Source of the DNA: a virus
Direction: 5' to 3' (one strand)
IMG/VR virus record: IMGVR_UViG_3300017788_002882
Coordinates: 1 to 64,000 of that record
DNA length: 64,000 nt
Made by a program: the position numbers and the translations under genes. Shown in pieces: positions 9,530 to 19,246 of the stretch (position 1 is its first letter; every line of letters starts with the position of its first letter). Under the pieces are notes generated by a model. The model saw nothing but the letters and a program-made list of their open reading frames with translations, made no database searches and was not told where the DNA came from.

Positions 9530-10279
9530 TTAACAATAAGACTCCGCCAGTTCCCAAAGATTAGTATTAATCTTGTTGATGGATTGGAAGTTTTTCAACT
9601 CTTTCATCGAGTTGAACCTCCCCTTTTCAGTTTGATATCTCAAACCCCCTCTAACAAACTTCTCTTGAACCACGTTGAAGGTTTTCCAAACTGAGTTCCC
9701 CGAATCCTCATGTCTCAAAGGACGAAGAAAATCTTCAACATTGATTTTGGGAACTGACCCTTTTTCCCAACGAAGGACAGCAGCTTTACTCACAAAATCT
9801 ACCATCTTTTCCTCATTCAAAAAAGTGGTTTCCATCTTACCCACAGACCTTTGGATTACTGGCAGTCTCTCCGCAAATTGGTCTGTGATTTCTCTAACCG
9901 CTCCCAAGTCGAATCTCATATGTCTGACAGAGATTTTATCCGAGATGGACGTTGGTACTGTCAAACCATTTGAACAAACGAGTCTATGAAGTCCCGCACT
10001 TACTGAGAATGAACTCATTCCATTGTGAGAATTTTTGATGACCGCCTCAACCAAGGAATCACCGACCTGTGGGAATTCCACATTACGTAGCCTTAACTGA
10101 TGAAGGGCAAAATTTCCTTGACCAACTTGTTTGGCGGAAAACACATTCCATCCTTCCTTCTCGAAGTTCTCGAGAATTTCCAAAGTCGAAACAAACGTAT
10201 ATTTGTTCGACATTTTTGGGGATGGAGAAGTGGTGAATACTGATGGAGCGATTCTCTTGAGGTTGTCTGTTGTCATCAT
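9530..10279 (-). CDS. DUF932/DUF945 family protein
   Basis: APSVF......S.KY.FV.T, NSHNG.S.F...AG..RLVCSNG and WKTFNVVQE signatures. Confidence 0.88.
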   Translation of the reverse strand: MMTTDNLKRIAPSVFTTSPSPKMSNKYTFVSTLEILENFEKEGWNVFSAKQVGQGNFALHQLRLRNVEFPQVGDSLVEAVIKNSHNGMSSFSVSAGLHRLVCSNGLTVPTSISDKISVRHMRFDLGAVREITDQFAERLPVIQRSVGKMETTFLNEEKMVDFVSKAAVLRWEKGSVPKINVEDFLRPLRHEDSGNSVWKTFNVVQEKFVRGGLRYQTEKGRFNSMKELKNFQSINKINTNLWELAESYC

Positions 10280-10298
10280 GTCTTATCGATTTAGACTT

Positions 10299-10330
10299 CA
10301 AAGATATGATAAGAAATTTGATTTGCCAAA
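10299..10330 (-). promoter_or_regulatory. Bacteroidota-type sigmaA promoter (TTTG-N20-TATCTTTG)
   Basis: Minus strand reads TTTG gcaaatcaaatttcttatca TATCTTTG just upstream of the DUF932 gene. Confidence 0.75.
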
Positions 10331-10331
10331 C

Positions 10332-10616
10332 TTAATTCAAAAAAATAAATCCGAATTGTGTTTTTTGTACAAAATTTTTCGAAATTTCTTCTTCAACCTT
10401 TTCCTCATACTTATTGATTTCCGAACACACAGAAATTAGTTGGGATTGAGTCAAACTAACATCATCACCTTTTTGGTAGTTTTCCAAAGAAACTTCTCTA
10501 ATCTTCCGATATAATAGTTGTTCTTTTTCTTTGGGCACCAAGTTCAACAAATCATTCGGATTTTCTTTGAAAAATTTAATAATGTTACTCAAATAGATTT
10601 CTACATCTACGCTCAT
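10332..10616 (-). CDS. Hypothetical protein
   Basis: Co-oriented ORF. Confidence 0.6.
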   Translation of the reverse strand: MSVDVEIYLSNIIKFFKENPNDLLNLVPKEKEQLLYRKIREVSLENYQKGDDVSLTQSQLISVCSEINKYEEKVEEEISKNFVQKTQFGFIFLN

Positions 10617-10622
10617 AAACTA

Positions 10623-11966
10623 TCAGTCTTCTTCTAATTCTGGCTTGAAATCCCACATACCTTTACCCATGTCCTCAGCCTTTTGTTGTACTTCTTTTGG
10701 AATTTGAACGTTAGTACTTCCTTTCACATTCAAGAACAAAAGATTTGGTAAATCAGCTATACAACCTGGTAAAGTTCTCAATCCAGGACAGTTCATAAAT
10801 GCCAGGAATTCCAAATTATCCAAATCACAAATACTTTCAGGACATTCCGAAGTAACATTATCCATAAGGATTTGCTTCAAATTTTTGAATCGACCTATAT
10901 CTTGAGGTAATGTAATATTAACATTGACATCTTTATCCCTGTTGGCAATGTAAATATTCTCTAAGGTTGGGGGTAAGCTTTCAATCAAATCATCAAAACC
11001 ATACAACGCAATAAATTTACCCACACTTCCTGAACTAAAACTTTCGATTTTCAAATTTGTTCCTCCAACTGAAATATTTTTTGCAAATTCAGGTCTAAAG
11101 AAGTCTTTTAACTCCTCCATCGGTCCGTTCAAGTATTGAATCAAATCAATTCTTCGGTCATCTTTATCCATGAATTGGTTGTCTTGGAAATGGAACTGAT
11201 ATCGTTCAACAGGAAGACCAGTTGCAGGTTGAATATTAGGATCATCCGTTTTATAGATTACATAAAGAGGTCCTTTAGTAATATAATAGTTGAATTGTCC
11301 TCCACCTGGAGCTGCAGTACACCAATTTGTCTCTTTAGGGGTTTGTGCTCCACCTCCATAGAAACATGCAGCTTCTTGACCTAACTTTCCTTTATCTTCG
11401 ATTTTGATTACTCTCCAATTTGGTCCTTCGAACGCCAATTCAGCACCTGGGTGCACTGGTAGTTTTTTTCTTTCCGCTTTTGTAGTTGTAGCCAAAGTCA
11501 AATCGAAACCTTTTATTGCGTCAAACAATTGGTTGGGGGTCAATTTATTAATGTCCCTCATTTCTTGAGGAAGTCTACCCTTGAATCTATCAAATTTAAC
11601 GAGGTCCTCAGTAATTTTGTAAAGATCCTCGATGAAAACTTCCTTCGCTCTCTTCAAATCTTTCTCGTAAGTTCTGTCACCAGGACTAGTTTCGGTCATT
11701 GGAAGAAGATAATGCTTAATCAACCATGGAACATAACTACCTGCTTTGATTTTGGTGAGCTCCTCAGGAGTTGCGTTCTCAATCTCAACATTGTTCAATC
11801 TAGTTGTAGGGTCAGCTAATACCAGTTGAATAAATTCCTCTTTGGAAAGTTTTGGTTTTGTTTTGTTCCCTTCCTTGTCTTTTCCAGGTTTTGTTAAAGC
11901 GTTCATCAAAATTTCAAATCTTGAGTTTTCAACTATTAACGATTTAAGTAACGAAGTAAATTTCAT
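10623..11966 (-). CDS. T.WCT-motif (PcfJ-related) protein with C-terminal leucine-rich repeats
   Basis: TNWCTAA...FNYY...GPLY core; LPQDIGRFKNL / PESICDLDNLEFL / LPGCIADLPNLLFL LRR units. Confidence 0.7.
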   Translation of the reverse strand: MKFTSLLKSLIVENSRFEILMNALTKPGKDKEGNKTKPKLSKEEFIQLVLADPTTRLNNVEIENATPEELTKIKAGSYVPWLIKHYLLPMTETSPGDRTYEKDLKRAKEVFIEDLYKITEDLVKFDRFKGRLPQEMRDINKLTPNQLFDAIKGFDLTLATTTKAERKKLPVHPGAELAFEGPNWRVIKIEDKGKLGQEAACFYGGGAQTPKETNWCTAAPGGGQFNYYITKGPLYVIYKTDDPNIQPATGLPVERYQFHFQDNQFMDKDDRRIDLIQYLNGPMEELKDFFRPEFAKNISVGGTNLKIESFSSGSVGKFIALYGFDDLIESLPPTLENIYIANRDKDVNVNITLPQDIGRFKNLKQILMDNVTSECPESICDLDNLEFLAFMNCPGLRTLPGCIADLPNLLFLNVKGSTNVQIPKEVQQKAEDMGKGMWDFKPELEED

Positions 11967-12010
11967 TTAATATTAATTTATTAATAAATATATTGGTCCT
12001 GCAAAAATAA

Positions 12011-12850
12011 CTAATAATTCAATATGAGTAACTCCTCACCCATATTTTGTTTTGTACCCTTTTTGGCCGCAGCGGCTTTATTGAATTCTTTCTTCTCCCA
12101 ACGAAATCTGTTTTCAGGGAACCAATCGTATAATAACTCGAAATCATAATATGATAAACTGAATCTTCCTTGAATCTTGTTAAGAACAATTGCAAGTCGT
12201 TCATGGTCATCTCTATCGAAATCATGATTACTGTAATAGTTCTCAGTTTTCCAATAAGGTGGGTCAACATAGTTGTAAGTGGATGGTGAATCATATTTCT
12301 CAATTACACTCTGAAAATCCATATTCTCTACATCCGTGATTTTAAGAAAATGGTCAACCCAATTTGGTTTACTCAACTTATCTCTGAACGCCAAGTACTT
12401 CGATCTGTATTTTCCTTTTAAGTCTATAAAATTTGATGTCTCGGGTTTACTTCCACTAAAAACTTGGGACAAAACATAAACATATTTTGCCGCCACAAGA
12501 TAATCATTCTTCTCAACTTTGAATCCCTCACCAAAAATTTCGGACTGAAATGTGGTAAATTTTTCTCTAAATTCGATTGGAGTGTCGACTACCCCAAATT
12601 TTTGAACCTCTATTTCATCCATCGCTTGTTGAAGCTCGGATGGATTTCGGACACATTGAAATAAATTGTAATTTAATGGATTAAAGTCATTATAAACGAC
12701 TTTCTTAAGGTTTGGATACTTCTCCAAGTCCATGTTGAAAAAACACCAAAACATACCCGAAAATGGTTCTACGTACGTTTCTATGTCTGTGGGATAAAAT
12801 GGAACTATCCACTTACCTATTTTTGATTTACCTCCGATATAACTTATCAT
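12011..12850 (-). CDS. Dam-like (D12 class, alpha) N6-adenine DNA methyltransferase
   Basis: ISYIGGKS, YVEPFSG, YNDFN and VDPPY motifs. Confidence 0.92.
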   Translation of the reverse strand: MISYIGGKSKIGKWIVPFYPTDIETYVEPFSGMFWCFFNMDLEKYPNLKKVVYNDFNPLNYNLFQCVRNPSELQQAMDEIEVQKFGVVDTPIEFREKFTTFQSEIFGEGFKVEKNDYLVAAKYVYVLSQVFSGSKPETSNFIDLKGKYRSKYLAFRDKLSKPNWVDHFLKITDVENMDFQSVIEKYDSPSTYNYVDPPYWKTENYYSNHDFDRDDHERLAIVLNKIQGRFSLSYYDFELLYDWFPENRFRWEKKEFNKAAAAKKGTKQNMGEELLILNY

Positions 12851-12885
12851 TCCCTAATGATAATAAAAAAATCTAACAAAGGCAA

Positions 12886-13059
12886 TTACTTATAACAATT
12901 TTTGTAAGGACGACATGATGCTTTTTGAGTAAATCCCATCTCGTCACATGGAGTTGATTTACAATACGATTTACTATATTTACGAGGTTTTTTATATTTT
13001 CCTTGTTCCTTCTCGTCGAGGTACATATAAAGAATTCTTCGAATTTGTTCACTTAACAT
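12886..13059 (-). CDS. Small basic Cys-rich protein (57 aa)
   Basis: Manual translation MLSEQIRRILYMYLDEKEQGKYKKPRKYSKSYCKSTPCDEMGFTQKASCRPYKNCYK. Confidence 0.6.
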   Translation of the reverse strand: MLSEQIRRILYMYLDEKEQGKYKKPRKYSKSYCKSTPCDEMGFTQKASCRPYKNCYK

Positions 13060-13069
13060 ACTTATAATT

Positions 13070-13207
13070 ATGTCTGAATGTAAAAAATGTAATCAAAAAC
13101 CTACAAGTAAATCTCAATATCTTACAATAGCAGCAGGATTTTATTTGTTAGGTTCATCAATATATGGTACTGTAAAAATTGTAGAATATCTTGTTAATTT
13201 ATTTTAA
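13070..13207 (+). CDS. Small CxxC membrane protein (45 aa)
   Basis: Manual translation [45 protein letters not shown]; one TM segment. Confidence 0.55.
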   Translation: MSECKKCNQKPTSKSQYLTIAAGFYLLGSSIYGTVKIVEYLVNLF

Positions 13208-14118
13208 CTGATTCTTTCGAATTTTACGTTCAATTTTACATACATATCTCCTCCGTTATATCCCTTACCTCGTAACCTGAGAGGTTTAGATGAATCAAAC
13301 ATTTTTGGTGAATCAATTCTTAGCTCACCATCAGGATGTGGGATAATGTATTTATCTTTTTGTAAATCTTCAAGGTTCAAAAATAAATTGTAAATCAAAT
13401 CATTGTTGAATTTTTCGAACCCATCCTTGGGTACAACTTCGATTTGAATTACCAAATCCCCATAGTCCCCATTTTTGAAGTCTCCCGCTCGTTCTATCTT
13501 GAGATATTGTCCACTGTCAATACCTTTTGGGACCATGAATTTAAGGTCACCAGCGGTCTGTTTAGTACCTCTTCCGTCACATCCGTAACATTTATGAACC
13601 AAAGTATATCCTCTACCTCCACAGGTTGGACAAGCGGTTCTGATTTGTTGATTCATGAAACCTGTCCCGAAATTTTTAATAAATGATCCTTGTCCATTAC
13701 AACTAGCACAAGTTTGTTGTTCTCCACCTGAACCACTGCAAACGTTGCAGTGAGTATCTTTCATATATTGAATCCTTTTTTCCTCACCTTTGTATGATTC
13801 AATTGGATTAATTTGGACTCGAACTATCTTGTCAGGTGCCGCCTTTCTTCTTTGTTGTTGGAATCCTCCACCAAACACTTGTGAAAACATTTGCTCATAA
13901 GCAGTACCTTGAAATGGATTACTCCCTCTGTTGTCATATTGAGACCTTTTTTCAGGATTACCAAGAATTTCATATGCTTCAGCAATTTCCTTAAATTTTT
14001 CCTCTCCCTGTGGATTTTTATCAGGATGGTATTGAGCAGCAAGTTTCCTGTAGGATTTTTTTATTTCGTCTTGAGAAGCTTTCTCTTCAACTTCTAAAAT
14101 TTTATAGTAATCTTTCAT
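13204..14118 (-). CDS. dnaJ: DnaJ (Hsp40) co-chaperone
   Basis: J-domain with HPD, four CxxCxGxG zinc-finger repeats and C-terminal domain. Confidence 0.95.
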   Translation of the reverse strand: MKDYYKILEVEEKASQDEIKKSYRKLAAQYHPDKNPQGEEKFKEIAEAYEILGNPEKRSQYDNRGSNPFQGTAYEQMFSQVFGGGFQQQRRKAAPDKIVRVQINPIESYKGEEKRIQYMKDTHCNVCSGSGGEQQTCASCNGQGSFIKNFGTGFMNQQIRTACPTCGGRGYTLVHKCYGCDGRGTKQTAGDLKFMVPKGIDSGQYLKIERAGDFKNGDYGDLVIQIEVVPKDGFEKFNNDLIYNLFLNLEDLQKDKYIIPHPDGELRIDSPKMFDSSKPLRLRGKGYNGGDMYVKLNVKFERIS

Positions 14119-14120
14119 GT

Positions 14121-14765
14121 ATGGAGAACTACTTGGTAGTATTGTTTAAGGATAAAAAAAAGAAGAAAATTATAAAGAAATTTATAACTTTAAGTCGTGC
14201 TAAACAATTCTATGACAAACTCATGGGAAAATCAAATGATGTTGTTTTCGAAGTAAAAGTTGAAGCTGGTAGGGAATGTAAGTATGAGTTAGGGTTGGTG
14301 GAATTGAGTGGAAGACAATTGATTCCTGTTTATATGACTGACGAGTTCGGTAGGAATATCAAAGTCAAACTTGATGAAGATGGAATGACTCTTCTAAAGA
14401 TCGAACCTTATAAAAAGCAGGAATTAATCTATGACATCAAAGAGGGTAAGAAAATTTCAACTGATTTTTTTATAAAAAAATATTTGAAAGGTGATGGTTT
14501 GAAAATGGTTTCTGTCTTGAATAACAAAATAGTTGTTCAAGAAGATGAAAAAATTTATTTGTTCACATTGAAATCTGAAAATGAATCCTCGAGATTTGCC
14601 GACAATTTGTCTTCTTATTTTTTCAAAATAAAACGAGGAGATTGTTTGTTTGTGAAGGACTATTCCACGGCTCAGAGAAAGTCTTTGTATTCTCTGTTAG
14701 AAACCGCTGGAATAGATAAAAAAATATTATACAGAAAGTTTACGACTTTACCTCAGTCAAAATAA
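14121..14765 (+). CDS. Hypothetical protein (start likely 14121)
   Basis: ORF-track start at 14010 overlaps dnaJ antisense; MENYLVVLF start preferred. Confidence 0.6.
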   Translation: MENYLVVLFKDKKKKKIIKKFITLSRAKQFYDKLMGKSNDVVFEVKVEAGRECKYELGLVELSGRQLIPVYMTDEFGRNIKVKLDEDGMTLLKIEPYKKQELIYDIKEGKKISTDFFIKKYLKGDGLKMVSVLNNKIVVQEDEKIYLFTLKSENESSRFADNLSSYFFKIKRGDCLFVKDYSTAQRKSLYSLLETAGIDKKILYRKFTTLPQSK

Positions 14766-14970
14766 AGTGAAACTCTGTTCCTGAAATATCTATAGAAAAT
14801 TGCTTGTGATGTCTATCGACCTCTCTGAAATGATTAATAACACTTGTATATTCTCCCTTCGGTAATTCGAAAACAATTGTTGCCTTTCCACTGAATATTG
14901 ATTGACATGATTCAGCAATTAGTGCCAACTTTTCTAATTCCCCAAGAGGAGTATTTTGAGTTTCTGCCAT
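14740..14970 (-). CDS. Hypothetical protein
   Basis: Co-oriented overlapping ORF chain. Confidence 0.55.
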   Translation of the reverse strand: MAETQNTPLGELEKLALIAESCQSIFSGKATIVFELPKGEYTSVINHFREVDRHHKQFSIDISGTEFHFILTEVKS

Positions 14971-15128
14971 AATGTTAATTTTTTTGGTTGCTTGAATATT
15001 TCTTCTTTTTTTAGTCCTTTGATTTCTTGAATGTATTTTTTTTTTACATTTTCAACTTCCTTACTGTCTTTAAGTTTTTCACTTTCGAACCATCTAAGTA
15101 TCGATTGGTTTTTTGTCGTCTTGCTCAT
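14934..15128 (-). CDS. Hypothetical protein
   Basis: Co-oriented overlapping ORF chain. Confidence 0.55.
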   Translation of the reverse strand: MSKTTKNQSILRWFESEKLKDSKEVENVKKKYIQEIKGLKKEEIFKQPKKLTLWQKLKILLLGN

Positions 15129-15549
15129 ACTCTAAATCATCTTCATCTTGTAAATCTACGTTCAACTCAGGGGTCTCGTCTTCTTCGTTGAAATCGAAAT
15201 AAAGATTTTTAAGTTTATCCAAATCATTTTTTTCGAAGGTACTCTTTAACTGCTCAACAGCTTCTTTGAAAAGTTTTTCTTTCAATTCCTTTTCTTTGTT
15301 CAACTTTATAATTTTGGAAATTTTAGTCAGGGTCTTGGAAACTTCTAATTCCTCGATAGGGGAAACGAATGAAATACCTTTGTGATTTTGGTTTTCAGTT
15401 TCGAATCCAACAATCTGTCCTTCTTCAACAATACTTTTTGGAATAGACCATTTATTTGGAAAAACCATGTCAAAACTCAGATATGATTTCAACTTCCTAA
15501 TGGAGTGAATGTATTCAACGAACGGAACTAATTCTTTATATAAAGTCAT
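15094..15549 (-). CDS. Hypothetical protein
   Basis: 151-aa ORF with acidic tail. Confidence 0.6.
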   Translation of the reverse strand: MTLYKELVPFVEYIHSIRKLKSYLSFDMVFPNKWSIPKSIVEEGQIVGFETENQNHKGISFVSPIEELEVSKTLTKISKIIKLNKEKELKEKLFKEAVEQLKSTFEKNDLDKLKNLYFDFNEEDETPELNVDLQDEDDLEYEQDDKKPIDT

Positions 15550-15758
15550 GATACAAAAATAAATGTAATTATGTAACTAATTGATAATGCTAAAATTAAA
15601 AGTTCCCTGTTAGTATAGACCAAAGGTTTTGGTTGTTTATCTAACAGGGCAACTAATACTTTCGAAGCATTTTTCAATGCAACTAATATTGAAAATACAA
15701 ATACAAAAAAATATATTGTATCAATATTATGCATTTTTATCACTTTTACTTTGTTCAA
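15546..15758 (-). CDS. Small two-TM membrane protein
   Basis: Two hydrophobic segments. Confidence 0.55.
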   Translation of the reverse strand: MNKVKVIKMHNIDTIYFFVFVFSILVALKNASKVLVALLDKQPKPLVYTNRELLILALSISYIITFIFVS

Positions 15759-15909
15759 GAATTTCAGTTCTGAATTGTTGTAGCAAAGCTTTCAGTTCCT
15801 GTGCAGATTTTCTTGCTCTTGTTCCTGCACTCTTATTTCCTTTATAGAATTTTACAGTATCAACTGACAATAATTCGGTAAGTTCTTTGATTTTTTCTAA
15901 TGTTTCCAT
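15727..15909 (-). CDS. Histone H1-like (Hc1 family) small DNA-binding protein
   Basis: KF..GNKSAGTRARK...ELK.L.Q.FR signature of Bacteroidota Hc1-like proteins. Confidence 0.8.
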   Translation of the reverse strand: METLEKIKELTELLSVDTVKFYKGNKSAGTRARKSAQELKALLQQFRTEILEQSKSDKNA

Positions 15910-15991
15910 TTCTAATCGGTTTGTTATTTATAGTTTATCTTTCCCAAAAATAAGTTTATTTGGTCTTGTGTAAATAGAGTAATGAATTTTT

Positions 15992-16468
15992 TCATTTAAC
16001 ATTTTTATCCATCATCTTATAAATTTCAGTAATCATCTCCAAATCTGATTTGCTAAATGGTTTTGACATATCAAATATTTCTGCCAAGAAAATAGAAACT
16101 GACATTTTTACCTTTTTATCACTTTGATTGTAATAAGTGTCCATGTAAAAAGATTTCAAATATTCTTTGTGTTCCCCCTCAGAGGTGATAATAATATTTT
16201 CTTTGACAAAATTATCTACCATTTTTCCCCAACACCAATCAAAGTGAGATTCTTTATCTTGTTGAGATAAAATAATTTTAGTCTCAACTGAATCTACGTT
16301 TGTGTCACCCATGTAAGTGTCTTCAATCAAATAATCGAGTGATTTGAAAATGTCTCCAAACAGTTCAACTTTTTCGTGTATCATGTTGTGTGCGTCGAAC
16401 CACATTGCCACTTCTTCATTCGGAAGTGGTTTAGTGACCCAATTAAAAAAATTCTCCATAGAGTTCAT
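15992..16468 (-). CDS. Hypothetical protein
   Basis: 158-aa ORF (start may be ATG at 16459). Confidence 0.6.
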   Translation of the reverse strand: MNSMENFFNWVTKPLPNEEVAMWFDAHNMIHEKVELFGDIFKSLDYLIEDTYMGDTNVDSVETKIILSQQDKESHFDWCWGKMVDNFVKENIIITSEGEHKEYLKSFYMDTYYNQSDKKVKMSVSIFLAEIFDMSKPFSKSDLEMITEIYKMMDKNVK

Positions 16469-16507
16469 CTATGGAGAATATATTAACTATTCAGAAAATG
16501 TGAATTT

Positions 16508-18202
16508 TTATTGAGTTTTTCTGTTGTATTGGATTAGATTTTTCATCTTTTCCATCTCTTCTGAGATTACTTTTCGTTTTTTGTCTTGTGTAGACTCCAA
16601 TTGGTTCATAATTTTCTCAGCCTTTGCAGTTGAATTTTTCTTCAAACCACCTGATTGTTTCTTATCACCAGCGATGTCAACAGGTTGAGGTTGTCTCTTG
16701 TAAGATACATTCATTTGTTCTGCTCCATACAAATTTTCATCAAAATTTTTCTTGAATCTTTCTCCTGTCTTTTCACTTCTTTTCGAAACATTCCCTAATG
16801 CTTTACCATCAGATCCAGTAACAGCGTTTCCATTCTTTACATCTCCTTTGATTTGTTTTGAAATCATTTCATCATCAGGTTTGATTTCATCATAAACTAA
16901 GTTTGTCATGCCTGGATACGCGAAAGCTTCAATGTATTCTTCTACCGCATCTGATGGATGGTATTTTTTCTCATTATGTTCTTTTTCCATGTCGTAATTA
17001 CTTTGAGGGAAGTCATCGGGGTTTTCATCATAACCTTTGCCACCCGAAACCATATCCTTCATGTAATCCTTCATTTTCTTAACAACCTCTTTAGCATAAT
17101 CTTCGTTTTCTTTTCTGTTTTGTCCCAAAACTTTCTCAGTCTTTTTCAAACCTTCAGGACTTTTCTTGGTAATATTTTCTTTCTCAGCAATATCTTTTAC
17201 TTGTTGTTCTAAAACGATTTGTTCAATCATATCAATCAATTCATCTTCGGTTACAACCAAAGAGGATTTTGTACTTTCTTTAACCTTTTTCAGAGTAAGT
17301 GCTAAATTCACTTGCTTGAGAAGTTTAGCGTCAGCTGCTGAAAGTTTTTTATCTCCTTCACCTTTTTTCATTAATTCACTTTTGAGTGATTTCAATTTGG
17401 ACACAGGGATTTTTTCTCCTTCAGGTATTCCCAATTTCTTGTGAAGAGCTCCTTTTTCCATATCAGTTTTCTGTATCCACTTTTCTTCAGCCTCTTTAAC
17501 ACTGAATTTTTTACCGTCAACCTCGAAAGAATCTTTACCTTTTTCTTTTGCTTGAGCCAAAGCTCCCGTGAATGCATTACCTTCTTCTGTTTCAGCCTCT
17601 TCCATATCTTTACGGAGTCTAACTTTCATTGGTCCATACTTTTTTCTGTAGATGTCGAAAAACTTTTTACCAGTTTCACCAGGTTCAAAAAATCTTTGTC
17701 TATCCCCAAACTTTGACATAAATGTGTCAAAATCTTCAATATCCTCTTCTTCATAATCGAAATCAAAATCACCAGGATATGACCTTTCATATTCGTCGAA
17801 CCATCCTGATGGGTCATCAGGGAATGACGCGAACATTTGAGCAGGTTTGTTGTCACTTAATCCTCTTCCAACATAAGTTGGTTCCTGAGCAGACAACTCC
17901 TCCGCTTCTTCCTCTTCTCCCTCATCACCTTCATAGTCACCTGGTGTCGATACATCATCAGCACTGTAGTAAAATTCTTTTGTCTCTTCCTTTTTGCTTC
18001 TGAGTTTCTCGAAATCAGCACCAGTTATTTTACCTTTGGGCTCAGCGACATCCAATTTCTTTTGACCCCCATGAAGTTCCTCATCGACTTCGATTTCAGT
18101 CCACTCACCCATTTCTTCAAGAAGTTGTTTTGTTTTATTTTCAATTTCCTCACTCAAAATTTTGGAAACCAATTTGTCTATGTCGTTTTTGAATTTATTC
18201 AT
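16508..18202 (-). CDS. Highly charged modular protein, probable virion/head-internal protein
   Basis: Short modules (LHGGQKKLDV, EGNAFTGAL, KWIQK...KGALHKKLGIP) separated by Glu-rich segments; TATTTAT upstream. Confidence 0.55.
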   Translation of the reverse strand: MNKFKNDIDKLVSKILSEEIENKTKQLLEEMGEWTEIEVDEELHGGQKKLDVAEPKGKITGADFEKLRSKKEETKEFYYSADDVSTPGDYEGDEGEEEEAEELSAQEPTYVGRGLSDNKPAQMFASFPDDPSGWFDEYERSYPGDFDFDYEEEDIEDFDTFMSKFGDRQRFFEPGETGKKFFDIYRKKYGPMKVRLRKDMEEAETEEGNAFTGALAQAKEKGKDSFEVDGKKFSVKEAEEKWIQKTDMEKGALHKKLGIPEGEKIPVSKLKSLKSELMKKGEGDKKLSAADAKLLKQVNLALTLKKVKESTKSSLVVTEDELIDMIEQIVLEQQVKDIAEKENITKKSPEGLKKTEKVLGQNRKENEDYAKEVVKKMKDYMKDMVSGGKGYDENPDDFPQSNYDMEKEHNEKKYHPSDAVEEYIEAFAYPGMTNLVYDEIKPDDEMISKQIKGDVKNGNAVTGSDGKALGNVSKRSEKTGERFKKNFDENLYGAEQMNVSYKRQPQPVDIAGDKKQSGGLKKNSTAKAEKIMNQLESTQDKKRKVISEEMEKMKNLIQYNRKTQ

Positions 18203-18227
18203 TTCTTTGATTTTAATATAAATATCT

Positions 18228-18998
18228 TTATTTACCGCTTTTGCTCTTCTTTTGGTATTCCCTCTCCAAAATAGTTACTATCACAGATTCATCAAGATTT
18301 AGTCTTGACGCAACATTCTTAATTGCTTCTTTGACTGATTCGTTTTTCGAAAGTTTAAGATTTGTGATGTCCCCCTGATTACAATATGGGAATCGAGTAC
18401 ATTTTTTCTTTACTTGAACAAATGACCCTCCTTTATACTGAGTTTTCCTGCTTGGTCCCCAATCTTTTTTCTTTGTAGATTTTGCCCACATTGCGGGAGT
18501 TTCATATCCACCAGAAGAACCTGTAGTTGTCGCCTCTTTTGCCTCAACCTTTTCCACTTCGCTTTCTTTTAACTTTGGATTCTCACTTCTACTTCGCTCC
18601 CAAAACTCATCATCACCACCGAATACAGGTCCAACGTAAGCTCCTGAGGAACCAGATCCTGTAGCTTCTTTGGTTTCGATTTTTTTCAACTTATCGTAAT
18701 ATTTTGGGTCTTCGAACAAATGGTCCATAGCGATTTCTTTTGCTTTGGTTTTGTCTTTTGTATGTTCCATTTCAACTTTCATTCCATCATTCAAATGTTT
18801 CTTTATTGATTGAACATCCATTTTATGTTTTTTTGCGATGTCTCCAACAGTTTTTTTATCTGCCAAACCACCCTCTAACTTTTCCTCTTGGAATCCCTGT
18901 TTGTATTTCATATGATCACCTAATGTTGATGAATTTAAGGTTATAGTTGAAAAAGCCTTATCTAAACTGTTTTTAAATAAATCTGCTGAACTTTTCAT
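18228..18998 (-). CDS. DUF5661-like domain phage protein
   Basis: G.KVEMEHT....AKEIAMDHL.EDP.YY.KL signature. Confidence 0.7.
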   Translation of the reverse strand: MKSSADLFKNSLDKAFSTITLNSSTLGDHMKYKQGFQEEKLEGGLADKKTVGDIAKKHKMDVQSIKKHLNDGMKVEMEHTKDKTKAKEIAMDHLFEDPKYYDKLKKIETKEATGSGSSGAYVGPVFGGDDEFWERSRSENPKLKESEVEKVEAKEATTTGSSGGYETPAMWAKSTKKKDWGPSRKTQYKGGSFVQVKKKCTRFPYCNQGDITNLKLSKNESVKEAIKNVASRLNLDESVIVTILEREYQKKSKSGK

Positions 18999-19000
18999 AT

Positions 19001-19246
19001 TTAAGCGTTCTTAAGTCTTGGTTCCCAATAACTTCTATTGGTCCACATAAATTGATAAAACTCTCGGAACATCCTCAAAGTAATTTCTTTGACTTCTCCT
19101 TCGAGTTTTCCTCTTTTTATTTCTTTCTGAATTTTGTCCATCAATTGGTCTTCGAATTGTTTGATGGTATTATTATTCATGAAAGATTTTATTTCTTTCC
19201 GAATAAGTGTTTCTATTTCTCTTGTATCTGAACTTGTAAGTGCCAT
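19001..19246 (-). CDS. Hypothetical protein (start likely 19246, MALTSS)
   Basis: TAATG stop/start overlap with the upstream gene. Confidence 0.6.
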   Translation of the reverse strand: MALTSSDTREIETLIRKEIKSFMNNNTIKQFEDQLMDKIQKEIKRGKLEGEVKEITLRMFREFYQFMWTNRSYWEPRLKNA

